A DNA stretch of 63,900 nt, filler included, from Octopus bimaculoides (GCF_001194135.2; 5 parts of 5 records of this genome joined end to end with filler, not necessarily neighbours in it), one strand, 5' to 3'. Counted from the first letter of the whole stretch, positions 11,775 through 23,934 are shown. Notes: a model not told the origin generated them from the sequence alone. Translations and numbers: made by a program.

Positions 11775-13541
11775 TATTTCATAAATTTTGCCATAAAAGC
11801 ATTACATAGAGGGGATAAACAAAGACAAACAGACACAAAGAAGCTGCAGGCTGGACACGGACATTAATGAATGAAATGAATACAAAAAGATGAGTAAAAA
11901 ATGGGAGAGGCACCAGCGCCCGCCGACCAATAACCCCTTAAAAACCTTGTTCAATACAAATCCTCATTACAACAACAAAATCAAATCATCATTTTCAAAA
12001 AGTCTGGAAACAGCATGTCTCCTGAGGCCACTGGGTTCCATAGGGTTAAATTAGCTTTAACCCCTTCCCAGTCGACCGCAGGGGTCATTTTGACATTCAG
12101 GAACCTGGGTCCACTATCTCCCAAGCCCNNNNNNNNNNNNNNNNNNNNNNNNNNNNNNNNNNNNNNNNNNNNNNNNNNNNNNNNNNNNNNNNNNNNNNNN
12201 NNNNNNNNNNNNNNNNNNNNNNNNNNNNNNNNNNNNNNNNNNNNNNNNNNNNNNNNNNNNNNNNNNNNNNNNNNNNNNNNNNNNNNNNNNNNNNNNNNNN
12301 NNNNNNNNNNNNNNNNNNNNNNNNNNNNNNNNNNNNNNNNNNNNNNNNNNNNNNNNNNNNNNNNNNNNGCAATGGCGTTGCGTGACCTGGAATATGTCCG
12401 CAAAACCACTGTCCTCTTCTCTGTCTCTGCAATTCACTGCTTGGGTGGGACAACCTCCGACTCCAAGAAAGTGGCTTCGTTATTGCAACTTTTTCCCCCC
12501 ATGTCTGTTAAAGTGAAAAAAAAAAAGTCAAATAAAAGTTCACCAAAAGAAAAAGAAAAAGGAAAAGAAAGGGAAAAACAGTTCAGAAAAAAGAAAAAAA
12601 AAGTCACGAAAGGATGGAAGAAGGAAGGATGGAAGAAGGAAGGATGGAAGAAGGAAGGAAAGGAAACACTTTAACAGTTCCAAAACAAAACACAAGTCTT
12701 CGGTCACTTAGGTACTCCAGGCCCATTGGTACTCCAATTTGAACCCGGAACACAGTGAGCTTCTACAAATTTTCAAAAAAGTTCTATTTTTTGGAGGCGG
12801 GATAAGACCCAAAATGATTTTCACAATGAAAACAATTATTCACTAAAACGTGAATCAATTTGCTCAATTGCAGGCAGACCAAAGTATAGAATCCAGTAAG
12901 GACTCCTTGTTCGTAAAAAAAAAAGATACAACAAACAACAAGCCCCCACTGGACCCAAACATAAACAGCCCCACCTCGCAGCTGAGCTACTTAATTCGCC
13001 ATGCTACAGACTAGAGTGACAAAAATATTCAGTGCTTCAACGAAATAAAGCAGTTCACAGAAAAAAAACATTAATTTTCGGCTACTAGGTACTCCAGGCC
13101 TGTTGGTACTTCAACTGAACCTGGAACACAGCGACTGGAACAATTCTCTCTGAATAAATTGCTTTCATAAAGCAAATAAAAGTTCAACTTCTTTTTTTGG
13201 AGGTAGGATACGCCTCCAAAACAATATTTCTTACAATGAGAACAATTGTTCACTAAAGAGTGAACCAAACTGCAGGCAAACCAAAGTATAGAATCCAGCA
13301 AGGGTTGTAAAAAAATATACAACAAACAACAAGCACCCACTGGACCCAAACACAATCAGTCCTACCTTGCAGCTGAGCTTCTTAATTCGCCACACTACAA
13401 ACTAGCGTAGCAGCAACCTTCAGTGCAAATTTTCAAATGTTCTTTTTGTTTTTTCCTTCTTGGATGGAGTGCAGCCAGCCCACATCCACCTCTGTTCACA
13501 GAAGGAACCAACTCTCCACACAAGACCAGAAATCAAGAGAT
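11775..13541 (-). mobile_element. Tx1/L1-related element copy B, apparently ORF1-only (non-autonomous)
   Basis: 3' tail homologous to copy A (cccctct.tgtaatgc...aataa). ORF1 ATG at 12502-12500: MGGKSCNNEATFLESEVVPPKQ*IAETEKRTVVLRTYSRS..., 240-N gap, ...WEGVKANLTLWNPVASGDMLFPDFLKMMI* ending 11981. Only ~200 bp separate that stop from the poly(A) signal. Duplicated ~377-bp 5' UTR units. Confidence 0.75.
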
Positions 13542-13575
13542 GCAAGCTTCTTACCACACAATTACGCTTGTGCTT
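13542..13575 (-). mobile_element. SINE family 1 head remnant (5' end of the SINE interrupted by the Tx1 elements)
   Basis: gcaagcttcttaccacacaattacgcttgtgc is a diverged reverse complement of the SINE 5' end (compare ggcacaggtatggctgtgtaataagaagcttgc at 61989-62021). Confidence 0.75.
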
Positions 13576-14529
13576 ATGATATGATTATTTATTTTTAGAA
13601 TGACATTGCAAGGTAGGTGTGAGAGGCTGCATGTGGCTGGTTTGAACATGAGATTGGTAAAATATTTGGGCTGGATATGGCCAGTTTAAATGCTAAAGGC
13701 TTAAAGATTGTACTTCCCTCTGGTAATGATATTGGATTAGTATTTTCATTTTAGCCAGCAGTCTCTGGCACAAAATTTCGACATTCAGGATTAACAGGTG
13801 AGCCTTTCAATCCAAAAACACATCAAATTTGAACCACCAAAGTGAACTGGATGCATGGCGGTATATTTACTGAGTCTCTGAATATTAATAAACATCAATC
13901 AAAGTGGAAATCTGAAGACAAATCATGTATTCAAAACAACTCACAACAGTAAACTGAACTATAGAAATACATCGAGTAACAAGGCTCAGTTTAGATTGCA
14001 TGCTATATAAAAGAATATTCCATCCATTTTTTATTCTGTCTTATCTACCTATCTATGTAACAGTCTATCTGTCTATCTATCTTTCTATCTCCCTCTCTGT
14101 CTATCTAGTTATAACTCTCATGTTATGACATTATAACAAAACTTATAATAAATTCAATTTCCTTATACTTTATTGTATAGTCTTCCATAATCTTTTCTAC
14201 AATGGTATTTAACTACACTGACATTGTCATATTCTATGATCCAAAAACTTTTTTTTTAATGCAGCAATTTGGCAATTTAGACAAAGAAACAGATACAATG
14301 CTATATGTGAGGTTTTGGGAATATTTTGGAAGAACATAGCTCAGCTTCATTACAGACTGTCTTCAAAGGTGCTCAGCTTTTGAAATTGAGCTAAGGTCTG
14401 TTTACATATACATGAAGTTGAATTTGCCCAACACAACTGATTCTCTTGAGGAATAGCAACAAGCTCTCTTTAAAAGAATTTGATAGTCCACCCACCATGC
14501 TAGAGCAAGCAAACACTGAATTAATTATA

Positions 14530-14665
14530 CTTTATCTTTTACCCTTTACTTATTTCAATCATTGGACTGCAGCCATGCTAGGACACTGCCTTGAAAGGGG
14601 TTTAGTCAAACAAATCAATCCCAGTCCTTTGTTTCTTTGTTTGATGGTCTAGTGCTTATTTTATC
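14530..14665 (-). mobile_element. SINE family 1 3' tail fragment
   Basis: tttacttatttcaatcattggactgcagccatgctaggacactgccttgaaagggg...caatcccagt. Confidence 0.65.
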
Positions 14666-16049
14666 TGCCTCTAATTCTAAAATAAATATTTCTGGAGCTA
14701 ATGTAAGGTGAAGAAATGTAAAAGAAATATATAATATACATGGGTGTTATTAATAGTCCTAACAACAGATCCACAGCTAATAATTCAAGCAACTTTGGGT
14801 TTTCTGAAGGACAATAGCTCTCAATCTATACTTTCTTTTTGATAAATTACTTTAATTTGAAAAGCAATTATTTCCAGTAATGTATTGCTTTAGTTTTACT
14901 AAATGCAAATTATTGGCAACCGTATTCTATTGTATATATTGTTTCAGTTTTCAAAAGAATTATTTTTACTTTTATAGTTTTTAAATGGAGACAGTTTCCC
15001 TGTTGGCATTTTGTCTTCTCAGTATTTTGTCTTAACAGCATTTTTCCTGTTGGCATTATGGCTTTTGGTTGTCTGTCTGCATAGAGTGAACCGATGACTG
15101 GCTTACTGTAAATCTGTAACCAAGATACTATTGCAAACAAAAATTTCTTTTTAAAAATAGAAAATAAAATAGAGATCATTATTGGTTTAAAGACAGAACA
15201 ATACGTTATCTGGTCATATTGCTACAGAATATCACATATGCCACAGACAGCTGTCATTTTTTTCATGAATGTCATAATTTAGATAATGTCAGCCTACAAT
15301 GAACAAAACTATGTCTGTTCAAGAGTAGCTTAGAGACAGTTGATTATGTTATATATTAAATTAACTCACCATATATTTATTTACATTTAGTTTTCCAATA
15401 CTTTAATCATTAGATATGTAAACATCAAATTTACAATTGTTTTTCACAAGCAGTACCTCCAAATTATTTATTTTGCTAAACAAATCTATGTTCTTATTCC
15501 AATAAATGTATAATCTTGTGCATTAACTAATTTAATTAGTAATTCATTCATCATTACTTTAGCAAGCGCAGTGAAGATAACGTCTTGCTAATGAGGTCAG
15601 AATAATATCAAAACATTTCCAGTTTTGTCACCAATTCATGCAAGAAAGATGAAAATAATATTAGCTCTCGACTAATATATTTTTCTCCCTCTCCATATAT
15701 TCATTTTCAGTTAACTATTTATAATTCTGTGAGTTAAATAGGTTACCACTAAGACACTAACTAACTCAATAACTGTGAATTCATATCCACAACATGAACA
15801 ATATGTGTATCTCACAGCAATATATCTAATTTATGCAGTTTATCTAGTTTATCAGCTAACAGCAACAGGAATCATATTTATTGAATATTATTGGTGAAAG
15901 ACTGGCATCTGTGTTCTATCTAAGAAAATTTTTTGTTATTATCAGCTTTATGTTACAGAAATTGATATTTACTATTTAGCATTGGAGAGAATGTATAATA
16001 GGAAATATAATGAATATCTTATATTTCAGGAGAAAGATAGAAGAAAACG

Positions 16050-16474
16050 CAGGGCCGGATTAAGACCCATTGAGGTCCTAAGCACTTGAAAGATTTTGGT
16101 GCCCCCATAAAAGATTATGTAATTCAAAATATAAACAATATCAAACCATAAGATAAATTATTATTTTTCAAAACAAAACAAAACAGTAAGAGGGAAAATA
16201 ATGTTTATTTTTGTATACTTCCACTTTATTTATATTTGAAAAGTCTCCTCCTACTTTTTTGAATCGCAAAGTCTTTGATCAGATCCTCAAAATTAATCTT
16301 AGGTAACAGATCTGCATCTATACTTAGTGGAGATAAAAGCATCCTGAATATTATTTTTGCAAGTTTAAAGTGATTTCTTTTGTGTCATAAACTATTTACA
16401 TTTCTGTGGTGTCCCCTCCTTTCCTTGATGCCCTAAGCATATGCTTATTTTGCTTAATGGTTAATCCAGCACTG
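16050..16474 (-). mobile_element. hAT-family internal-deletion derivative (MITE-like) retaining the transposase C-terminus
   Basis: Termini CAGGGCCGGATTAA / TTAATCCAGCACTG. Flanks agaaaacg and ggaaaaag (6/8 match, decayed 8-bp TSD). Minus strand reads LLSPLSIDADLLPKINFEDLIKDFAIQKSRRRLF, typical of the hAT C-terminal dimerisation region. Confidence 0.78.
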
Positions 16475-16784
16475 GGAAAAAGTCAGTGCCATTTAGCATC
16501 CTTTTTCATGGAATTTTCAGGGTTGGTGTTAATAATCTCCAGTTTTTATAACAATTATCTTTATGACGTATTCAAAGAATGAACAATTGCATCCATAACC
16601 TTGTACAGAAACACTGAGATTGGTGCAGGTGAAGAGTAGAACAGATATATAGGTTACTGCATTAGCAAACAGCAAATCAAGATATTGAGGTAGCCTCAAA
16701 CTCGAGCTATCTGCAGACTGGCAACCTTGGTAAATGGTAGAGATATATGTGGACATTGTTGTCTCATTAAAAAGTTTATTTCCC

Positions 16785-16905
16785 AGTTATATGGTTGTGT
16801 GTTCAATCCCACTGTGTGGTATTGAACAGTATGGCACCTTGGATAGGTATCTTCTACTATAACCACAGGCTAATTAAAGCCTTGTGAGTGGATTTGATAG
16901 ATGCA
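16785..16905 (+). mobile_element. SINE family 1 5' body, decayed
   Basis: gttcaatcccactgtgtgg...ggcaccttggataggtatcttctactataacc...aaagccttgtgagtggatttg. Confidence 0.7.
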
Positions 16906-17097
16906 ATTTTCTGTGGCTTGATCTTCTTGTCTTCCAGCTCTCACCTGTTTCCAAGTAATTTAATATTTACCTCAGTCTATTAAACATCAAACAGCTCAGA
17001 CATGCTTTCACAAAGAATTGAAAACAAATGACACTGTATGAATGATGATGCTTTGGTCACAATGGGTAGTCACATGTCAAGACAAAAGGAAAACACA

Positions 17098-17138
<41 letters not shown>

Positions 17139-17459
17139 AAAGCATGCCATAAACTCAGTTAACAGCATACTTTAAGGTTTTCTTATTTGAATTCTCCATC
17201 TCCAAAGTTAGTTCCCTTTACCAAGGCCTAGAATCCAGCCCTTCCTGGTAGGCTAAATGTGCACCTGGGTACCAAATGACAAATTCTAAGTACTTGTACA
17301 TGCATACACATGCCATGTAATTGAAACAGACTCTCCTTAGTTCTTTGCAGGATGTCCAGAAACCATTCAACTCACGGTGGTGCTGCTGGTTTAGTCACTG
17401 ATGGCCTTGCCATCCAGCAGGTTCTACTGGGTAACATGTTCCCTGTAACAATATATATA

Positions 17460-17502
<43 letters not shown>

Positions 17503-17531
17503 CCTTCCCAATCAGTTCTTAATGCTATATA

Positions 17532-17561
<30 letters not shown>

Positions 17562-17593
<32 letters not shown>

Positions 17594-17731
17594 GTTTAAC
17601 GTCCGCTTTCCATGCTAGCATGGGTTGGACGATTTGACTGAGGACTGGTGAAACCGGATGGCAACACCAGGCTCCAATCTAAATTTGGCAGAGTTTCTAC
17701 AGCTGGATGCCCTTCCTAACGCCAACCACTC
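17562..17731 (-). mobile_element. Short element identical in type to the RTE LINE 3' end, with (GAT)n tail
   Basis: Reverse complement aligns to 8175-8331; near-identical to 19409-19566; sits next to (TA)n. Confidence 0.88.
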
Positions 17732-17732
17732 A

Positions 17733-17900
17733 GGTGGGAGAATTCACGAAAAAACAACAGACGAAGACAGGTGGTGTAAACAACAAATGGATGTATTAGT
17801 ATAACGCTCGGGAATAGAGAAAGTCTTTAACGTTTCAAGCCTACGCTCTTCAACAGAAAGGAACACAGAAGGAAACAAGGAGAGAAAAAAAAATATATGT
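17733..17900 (-). mobile_element. Penelope-like terminal repeat fragment with hammerhead-like core
   Basis: Minus strand 17856-17832: CTGTTGA-A-GAGC-GTAG-GCTT-GAAAC. The PLE assignment is inference from this motif. Confidence 0.5.
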
Positions 17901-18262
17901 GTAGTGGTCAGCGATGTAATTATTACTTAGTGCCCAAGCTGCAGCACAGTAAGACTGAACTGAGAACCATGTTGTTGGGAAGTAAACTTCTTACTACACA
18001 GCTACACCTGCACATTTAACGATACGTAAAACCGAATCTCTAGTGAGACTTTTTTATTTTTTTATGTACCTGAAGAGACCCAGAACATGTGTCGTACTAA
18101 ATAAAATCTTTTTTTTCCATCTATTTTGTTAATGCCGTTATCTCAACCGCCACTATGGAGTTCCTGCCATAAATCTATGCTTAATAACAGGTAATTGAAA
18201 CTGTGCTGGTGCTCTACTCATCATCCATTTATACATTCTGTATAACTTCATAATTTCTCCAT

Positions 18263-18300
<38 letters not shown>

Positions 18301-18534
18301 TATATACATATACACGTACACATATATATATACATACACAGAAATGGCTTTGATGAAAGTAGCATTAATTTTCTTAGGTTGTTTAATTTACCTCAGTTGA
18401 TCAATAGACCACTTGAATAAACCTATCAGTAATGTACTTTTTAATGACATCTGGAAACAGCTGTAAGCCCAGTTTTCTCCAATAAAGGAATTATATGTAA
18501 TGACCATTATTTTAGCTTGTTTCACATACATACA

Positions 18535-18568
<34 letters not shown>

Positions 18569-18862
18569 CATACATCGTCCCTACTTTCAAGTTCGTGCCT
18601 CACAGCGTTCACACACAAACAATTTTTCTCATCTGGCCGTAAAGCTTTTTCTGTTTGTTTTCCTGTCTTGTTTTTTGTCCGCCACAACATTCCTCCATGG
18701 CAAGATTTAATTTGTGTATACAAATTTAATTTGCGGTCCAAGGGAAGAGCTGTTTTAACGATGCGTCCTGTCTAGCTCTTCGAAACGCCGGTGTTAANNN
18801 NNNNNNNNNNNNNNNNNNNNNNNNNNNNNNNNNNNNNNNNNNNNNNNNNNNNNNNNNNNNNN

Positions 18863-18910
<48 letters not shown>

Positions 18911-19408
18911 TAGCAAATATTTCATCAGAACTAGAGAATAAAAGAATTACATATGTAATAATTACTCAATGAGAGGTACTCAACTAGCTTCTCATCAGGT
19001 CGAAGATACCTTAATTATATGAAGGTTACATTGTCATTAAGAAATCCCAAGTTCACTTGCCAAAGACATAATTTCAAAATTATATAATTATACAATTTCA
19101 AATTATATCTCTGGTAAGTTAACTTTGGATTAACTTGCTAACTAAAAAACATGTGTAGCCTGAATTGTACCTGCTCCACTCTTTCAATTTGGATTTTTAT
19201 TTGCATTCACAGTAACTCGAGTTGCCAATTTTGAGCTATGAAAAAATTTTTCAGCTTATCAAACTTCATTATGAGGAAAGATTACATCCTTTAACACCAA
19301 TAAATTATTATTGTTCATGGACATTGTTTTTTATACCTACCACAGACTACTCAAAGCTTACTCCCTACTCTTAGCTCCTTGGATCTTACAATTACATATA
19401 TATATATA

Positions 19409-19640
19409 TCATCATCATCATCATCATCGTTTAACGTCCGCTTTCCATGCTAGCATGGGTTGGACAATTTGACTGAGGACTGGTGAAACCGGATGGCAAC
19501 ACCAGGCTCCAGTCCGATTTGGCAGAGTTTCTACAGCTGGATGCCCTTCCTAACGCCAACCACTCAGAGAGTGTAGTGGGTGCTTTTACGTGTCACCCGC
19601 ACGAAAACGGCCACGCTCGAAATGGTGTCTTTTATGTGCC
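19409..19640 (-). mobile_element. Short element of RTE 3'-end type with (GAT)n tail
   Basis: (cat)n cgtttaacgtccgctttccatgctagcatgggttggac...gccaaccactcagagagtgtagtgggtgcttttacgtg; adjacent to (TA)n. Confidence 0.88.
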
Positions 19641-21127
19641 ATATATATATATACTTTATTTAAAGCAGCAGAAATATAACAAAAGACTGTTACTCTGAGT
19701 TTCNNNNNNNNNNNNNNNNNNNNNNNNNNNNNNNNNNNNNNNNNNNNNNNNNNNNNNNNNNNNNNNNNNNNNNNNNNNNNNNNNNNNNNNNNNNNNNNNN
19801 NNNNNNNNNNNNNNNNNNNNNNNNNNNNNNNNNNNNNNNNNNNNNNNNNNNNNNNNNNNNNNNNNNNNNNNNNNNNNNNNNNNNNNNNNNNNNNNNNNNN
19901 NNNNNNNNNNNNNNNNNNNNNNNNNNNNNNNNNNNNNNNNNNNNNNNNNNNNNNNNNNNNNNNNNNNNNNNNNNNNNNNNNNNNNNNNNNNNNNNNNNNN
20001 NNNNNNNNNNNNNNNNNNNNNNNNNNNNNNNNNNNNNNNNNNNNNNNNNNNNNNNNNNNNNNNNNNNNNNNNNNNNNNNNNNNNNNNNNNNNNNNNNNNN
20101 NNNNNNNNNNNNNNNNNNNNNNNNNNNNNNNNNNNNNNNNNNNNNNNNNNNNNNNNNNNNNNNNNNNNNNNNNNNNNNNNNNNNNNNNNNNNNNNNNNNN
20201 NNNNNNNNNNNNNNNNNNNNNNNNNNNNNNNNNNNNNNNNNNNNNNNNNNNNNNNNNNNNNNNNNNNNNNNNNNNNNNNNNNNNNNNNNNNNNNNNNNNN
20301 NNNNNNNNNNNNNNNNNNNNNNNNNNNNNNNNNNNNNNNNNNNNNNNNNNNNNNNNNNNNNNNNNNNNNNNNNNNNNNNNNNNNNNNNNNNNNNNNNNNN
20401 NNNNNNNNNNNNNNNNNNNNNNNNNNNNNNNNNNNNNNNNNNNNNNNNNNNNNNNNNNNNNNNNNNNNNNNNNNNNNNNNNNNNNNNNNNNNNNNNNNNN
20501 NNNNNNNNNNNNNNNNNNNNNNNNNNNNNNNNNNNNNNNNNNNNNNNNNNNNNNNNNNNNNNNNNNNNNNNNNNNNNNNNNNNNTATATATAGTATCATC
20601 AATATCATCATTTTAATGATCACTTTTTCCATACTTGCATTGCATCAGATGGAATTTTTTGATGCAGATTTTCAACATCCAGATGCCCTTCTGTCACCAA
20701 CGCTCACATGTTTCCAAGCAAGTTAAGATTTTTCCCATGACTGGATATGCTTTATGCAGAATATTTTAAATGAATAATGCTGCTTGTATGTCAGTGACAC
20801 ATTTCTACAGTTATCTTATGATACCAAGACAAGGAGATACAAACATACATATACTCACACCATATACACAGCATACACAAACACACACACACATTAACAC
20901 ACTCACATACACACACACATTAACACACACACACACACATATACATATGCACATACATGTGTGTGTGTGTGTTAGTGTGTGTGTGTGTGCGTTGTGTAGG
21001 TTCAAATTACACTGATAGGAGAAATCAGTAAAATGCGTGCAAATAACACATTGAAATCTATTCAGTTGATTATTTCTCTGCTTTTGAACAATAAGCCTAA
21101 TGTCTAATCTATAGATCACTATCATTA

Positions 21128-21158
<31 letters not shown>

Positions 21159-21992
21159 NNNNNNNNNNNNNNNNNNNNNNNNNNNNNNNNNNNNNNNNNN
21201 NNNNNNNNNNNNNNNNNNNNNNNNNNNNNNNNNNNNNNNNNNNNNNNNNNNNNNNNNNNNNNNNNNNNNNNNNNNNNNNNNNNNNNNNNNNNNNNNNNNN
21301 NNNNNNNNNNNNNNNNNNNNNNNNNNNNNNNNNNNNNNNNNNNNNNNNNNNNNNNNNNNNNNNNNNNNNNNNNNNNNNNNNNNNNNNNNNNNNNNNNNNN
21401 NNNNNNNNNNNNNNNNNNNNNNNNNNNNNNNNNNNNNNNNNNNNNNNNNNNNNNNNNNNNNNNNNNNNNNNNNNNNNNNNNNNNNNNNNNNNNNNNNNNN
21501 NNNNNNNNNNNNNNNNNNNNNNNNNNNNNNNNNNNNNNNNNNNNNNNNNNNNNNNNNNNNNNNNNNNNNNNNNNNNNNNNNNNNNNNNNNNNNNNNNNNN
21601 NNNNNNNNNNNNNNNNNNNNNNNNNNNNNNNNNNNNNNNNNNNNNNNNNNNNNNNNNNNNNNNNNNNNNNNNNNNNNNNNNNNNNNNNNNNNNNNNNNNN
21701 NNNNNNNNNNNNNNNNNNNNNNNNNNNNNNNNNNNNNNNNNNNNNNNNNNNNNNNNNNNNNNNNNNNNNNNNNNNNNNNNNNNNNNNNNNNNNNNNNNNN
21801 NNNNNNNNNNNNNNNNNNNNNNNNNNNNNNNNNNNNNNNNNNNNNNNNNNNNNNNNNNNNNNNNNNNNNNNNNNNNNNNNNNNNNNNNNNNNNNNNNNNN
21901 NNNNNNNNNNNNNNNNNNNNNNNNNNNNNNNNNNNNNNNNNNNNNNNNNNNNNNNNNNNNNNNNNNNNNNNNNNNNNNNNNNNNNNNNNNNN

Positions 21993-22151
21993 AAAGGGGA
22001 GAGAGAGAAAGAGAAAGGAAGAGAAGGGACTAAACAGGGAGGGATTTGAATAGGGAGAAAATGGAAGAGAGAGAGAGAGAAGGAAGAAAGGAGAGAAGTG
22101 ACAAATGAGGGAGAGATTTAAAGACAGACAGACAGACAGACAGACAGACAC

Positions 22152-22196
<45 letters not shown>

Positions 22197-22330
22197 CAGA
22201 CAGACAGAGAGATGAGCAAACAGACGGATGGGATGGATGGACAGAAAGACAGCAGTAACTAAAGAAAGAGGAAAGCGAGGAGAAGGAGAGAAGTAACTAA
22301 AGAGAAAGTGAGTGGAGAGAGATAGAATGA
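21993..22330. repeat. AG-rich compound microsatellite ((GA)n, (GACA)n)
   Basis: Purine-rich tandem tracts directly after an N-gap. Confidence 0.85.
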
Positions 22331-22629
22331 TGAAGCTAGAGCCATGTCCCCTCCTCCTCCTCCTCCACCCACGACTACCATTCTGCAACATGGTGCATGT
22401 ATGGTTTGTACATCATTGTCTCTATGACTGCTCAAATGACTTAGCTGGCTTCTTTCACTGATATTACCCTCTGTTAAGTACATGCCATACACTCATTATT
22501 GTCTTAGAGAAAGTGTTAATTACTTACACTGCTCCCCACTCTTGTGCTCTCTCTTTTCCTCTCTCTCCCTCTCCCTCCCTCTCTTTCTCTCTCTTTCACT
22601 TCTCACTCTCCTTCTCTCCCCCTATATAT

Positions 22630-22668
<39 letters not shown>

Positions 22669-22920
22669 ATTGCATGTGCGTGAGTGTATGTGTGTGGATG
22701 TAATATATATGTGCATGTGTGCATGTGTGTGTGTGTGTGTGTGTGTGGAGAGAAAGAGAGAGAAAGGGTAATTAACACTTACCCTGTAGCGAGAGATATA
22801 CATATTTATAGACATCAGAAGCACATGCATGCGTAAATACAAGCATATCTTTTACTTGCTTGTCATTGGACTGCAGCCATGCAGAGGTACTTGCTTTGAA
22901 AGCAAATCAACCCTAGTACT

Positions 22921-22974
<54 letters not shown>

Positions 22975-23841
22975 TATATACATATATACATATATACATA
23001 TATATANNNNNNNNNNNNNNNNNNNNNNNNNNNNNNNNNNNNNNNNNNNNTTAATTAATTAANNNNNNNNNNNNNNNNNNNNNNNNNNNNNNNNNNNNNN
23101 NNNNNNCTGACCGGATATTTGCAAATAAATTGTAAAAGGGGAAAAAGGAAGAGAAACAGGGACATGTTAATGTATTTTCAAGTCTATCTGTGTAATAAAC
23201 TATAAACTAATCTGACCAACGAATATATTTAAAAATAAATAGCAAAAATATTTCTTTTTGGACTCCCCAAAAAGTTTGAATTGTTCTACTTGAACTATGT
23301 TTTCTCTCTCACACACACACACACAAACGCGCACACACGCACACTCACGCGTACTCACACACACACACATACACACACACACATGCACGCACACACATTC
23401 ACACACGCACACACACATATATATATATATCAGAAAGTATGAAGACTATAAAGTCTAATCGTATAAATTTGAGGAACAAATTAGTTACGCGAGGAATATT
23501 ATGTAATAAAATTAGTTATGTATAAGAATATATAAAATTAAACTATACAGATTTAATTAATTCACTCGTATACGATAAACAAAAGCAGAAATCAAAGAAA
23601 GACAAAGTAGAAATTTTACAACACTCTACATACACAGATCAGGGATGTGCAGTATCTGCACAAAAGCTGTCATTTAGCTCCTGATCAATTATAATTCATC
23701 AGATCTGTGATTCAAAGCATTCCAGCAATGACCAGGATTGGATGTCTAACTCTATAATATCTACAGTTTTTCCCTTCTCTTGGAGATTTGGCTGCTGTTT
23801 TTCACATGAAAAACATGCAAAACATGAAAAACATGAAAAAA

Positions 23842-23847
<6 letters not shown>

Positions 23848-23911
<64 letters not shown>
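23848..23911. repeat. (GTA)n trinucleotide microsatellite
   Basis: Perfect GTA run; source of the poly-V and poly-L ORFs. Confidence 0.95.
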
Positions 23912-23934
23912 TGCTTTTTTTCTTGTTCTTGTTT

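Noticed and set aside
17351-17430. Candidate plus-strand exon MSRNHSTHGGAAGLVTDGLAIQQVLLG with AG/GT ends
   Set aside because: No recognisable homology, equally plausible splice readings exist on the minus strand, and nothing links it to other exons.
19586-22391. 348-aa and 526-aa ORFs, plus similar ORFs at 3597-4334, 34091-34879, 40989-41505 and 59032-59916
   Set aside because: They consist mostly of X from N-gaps plus microsatellite-derived residues.
23051-23062. TTAATTAATTAA island inside N runs, repeated at 52459-52470, 53917-53928 and 62594-62605
   Set aside because: At 23007-23106 it is 44 N + 12 bp + 44 N = 100, and the other three look the same. It is a synthetic six-frame-stop scaffolding spacer, not biology.
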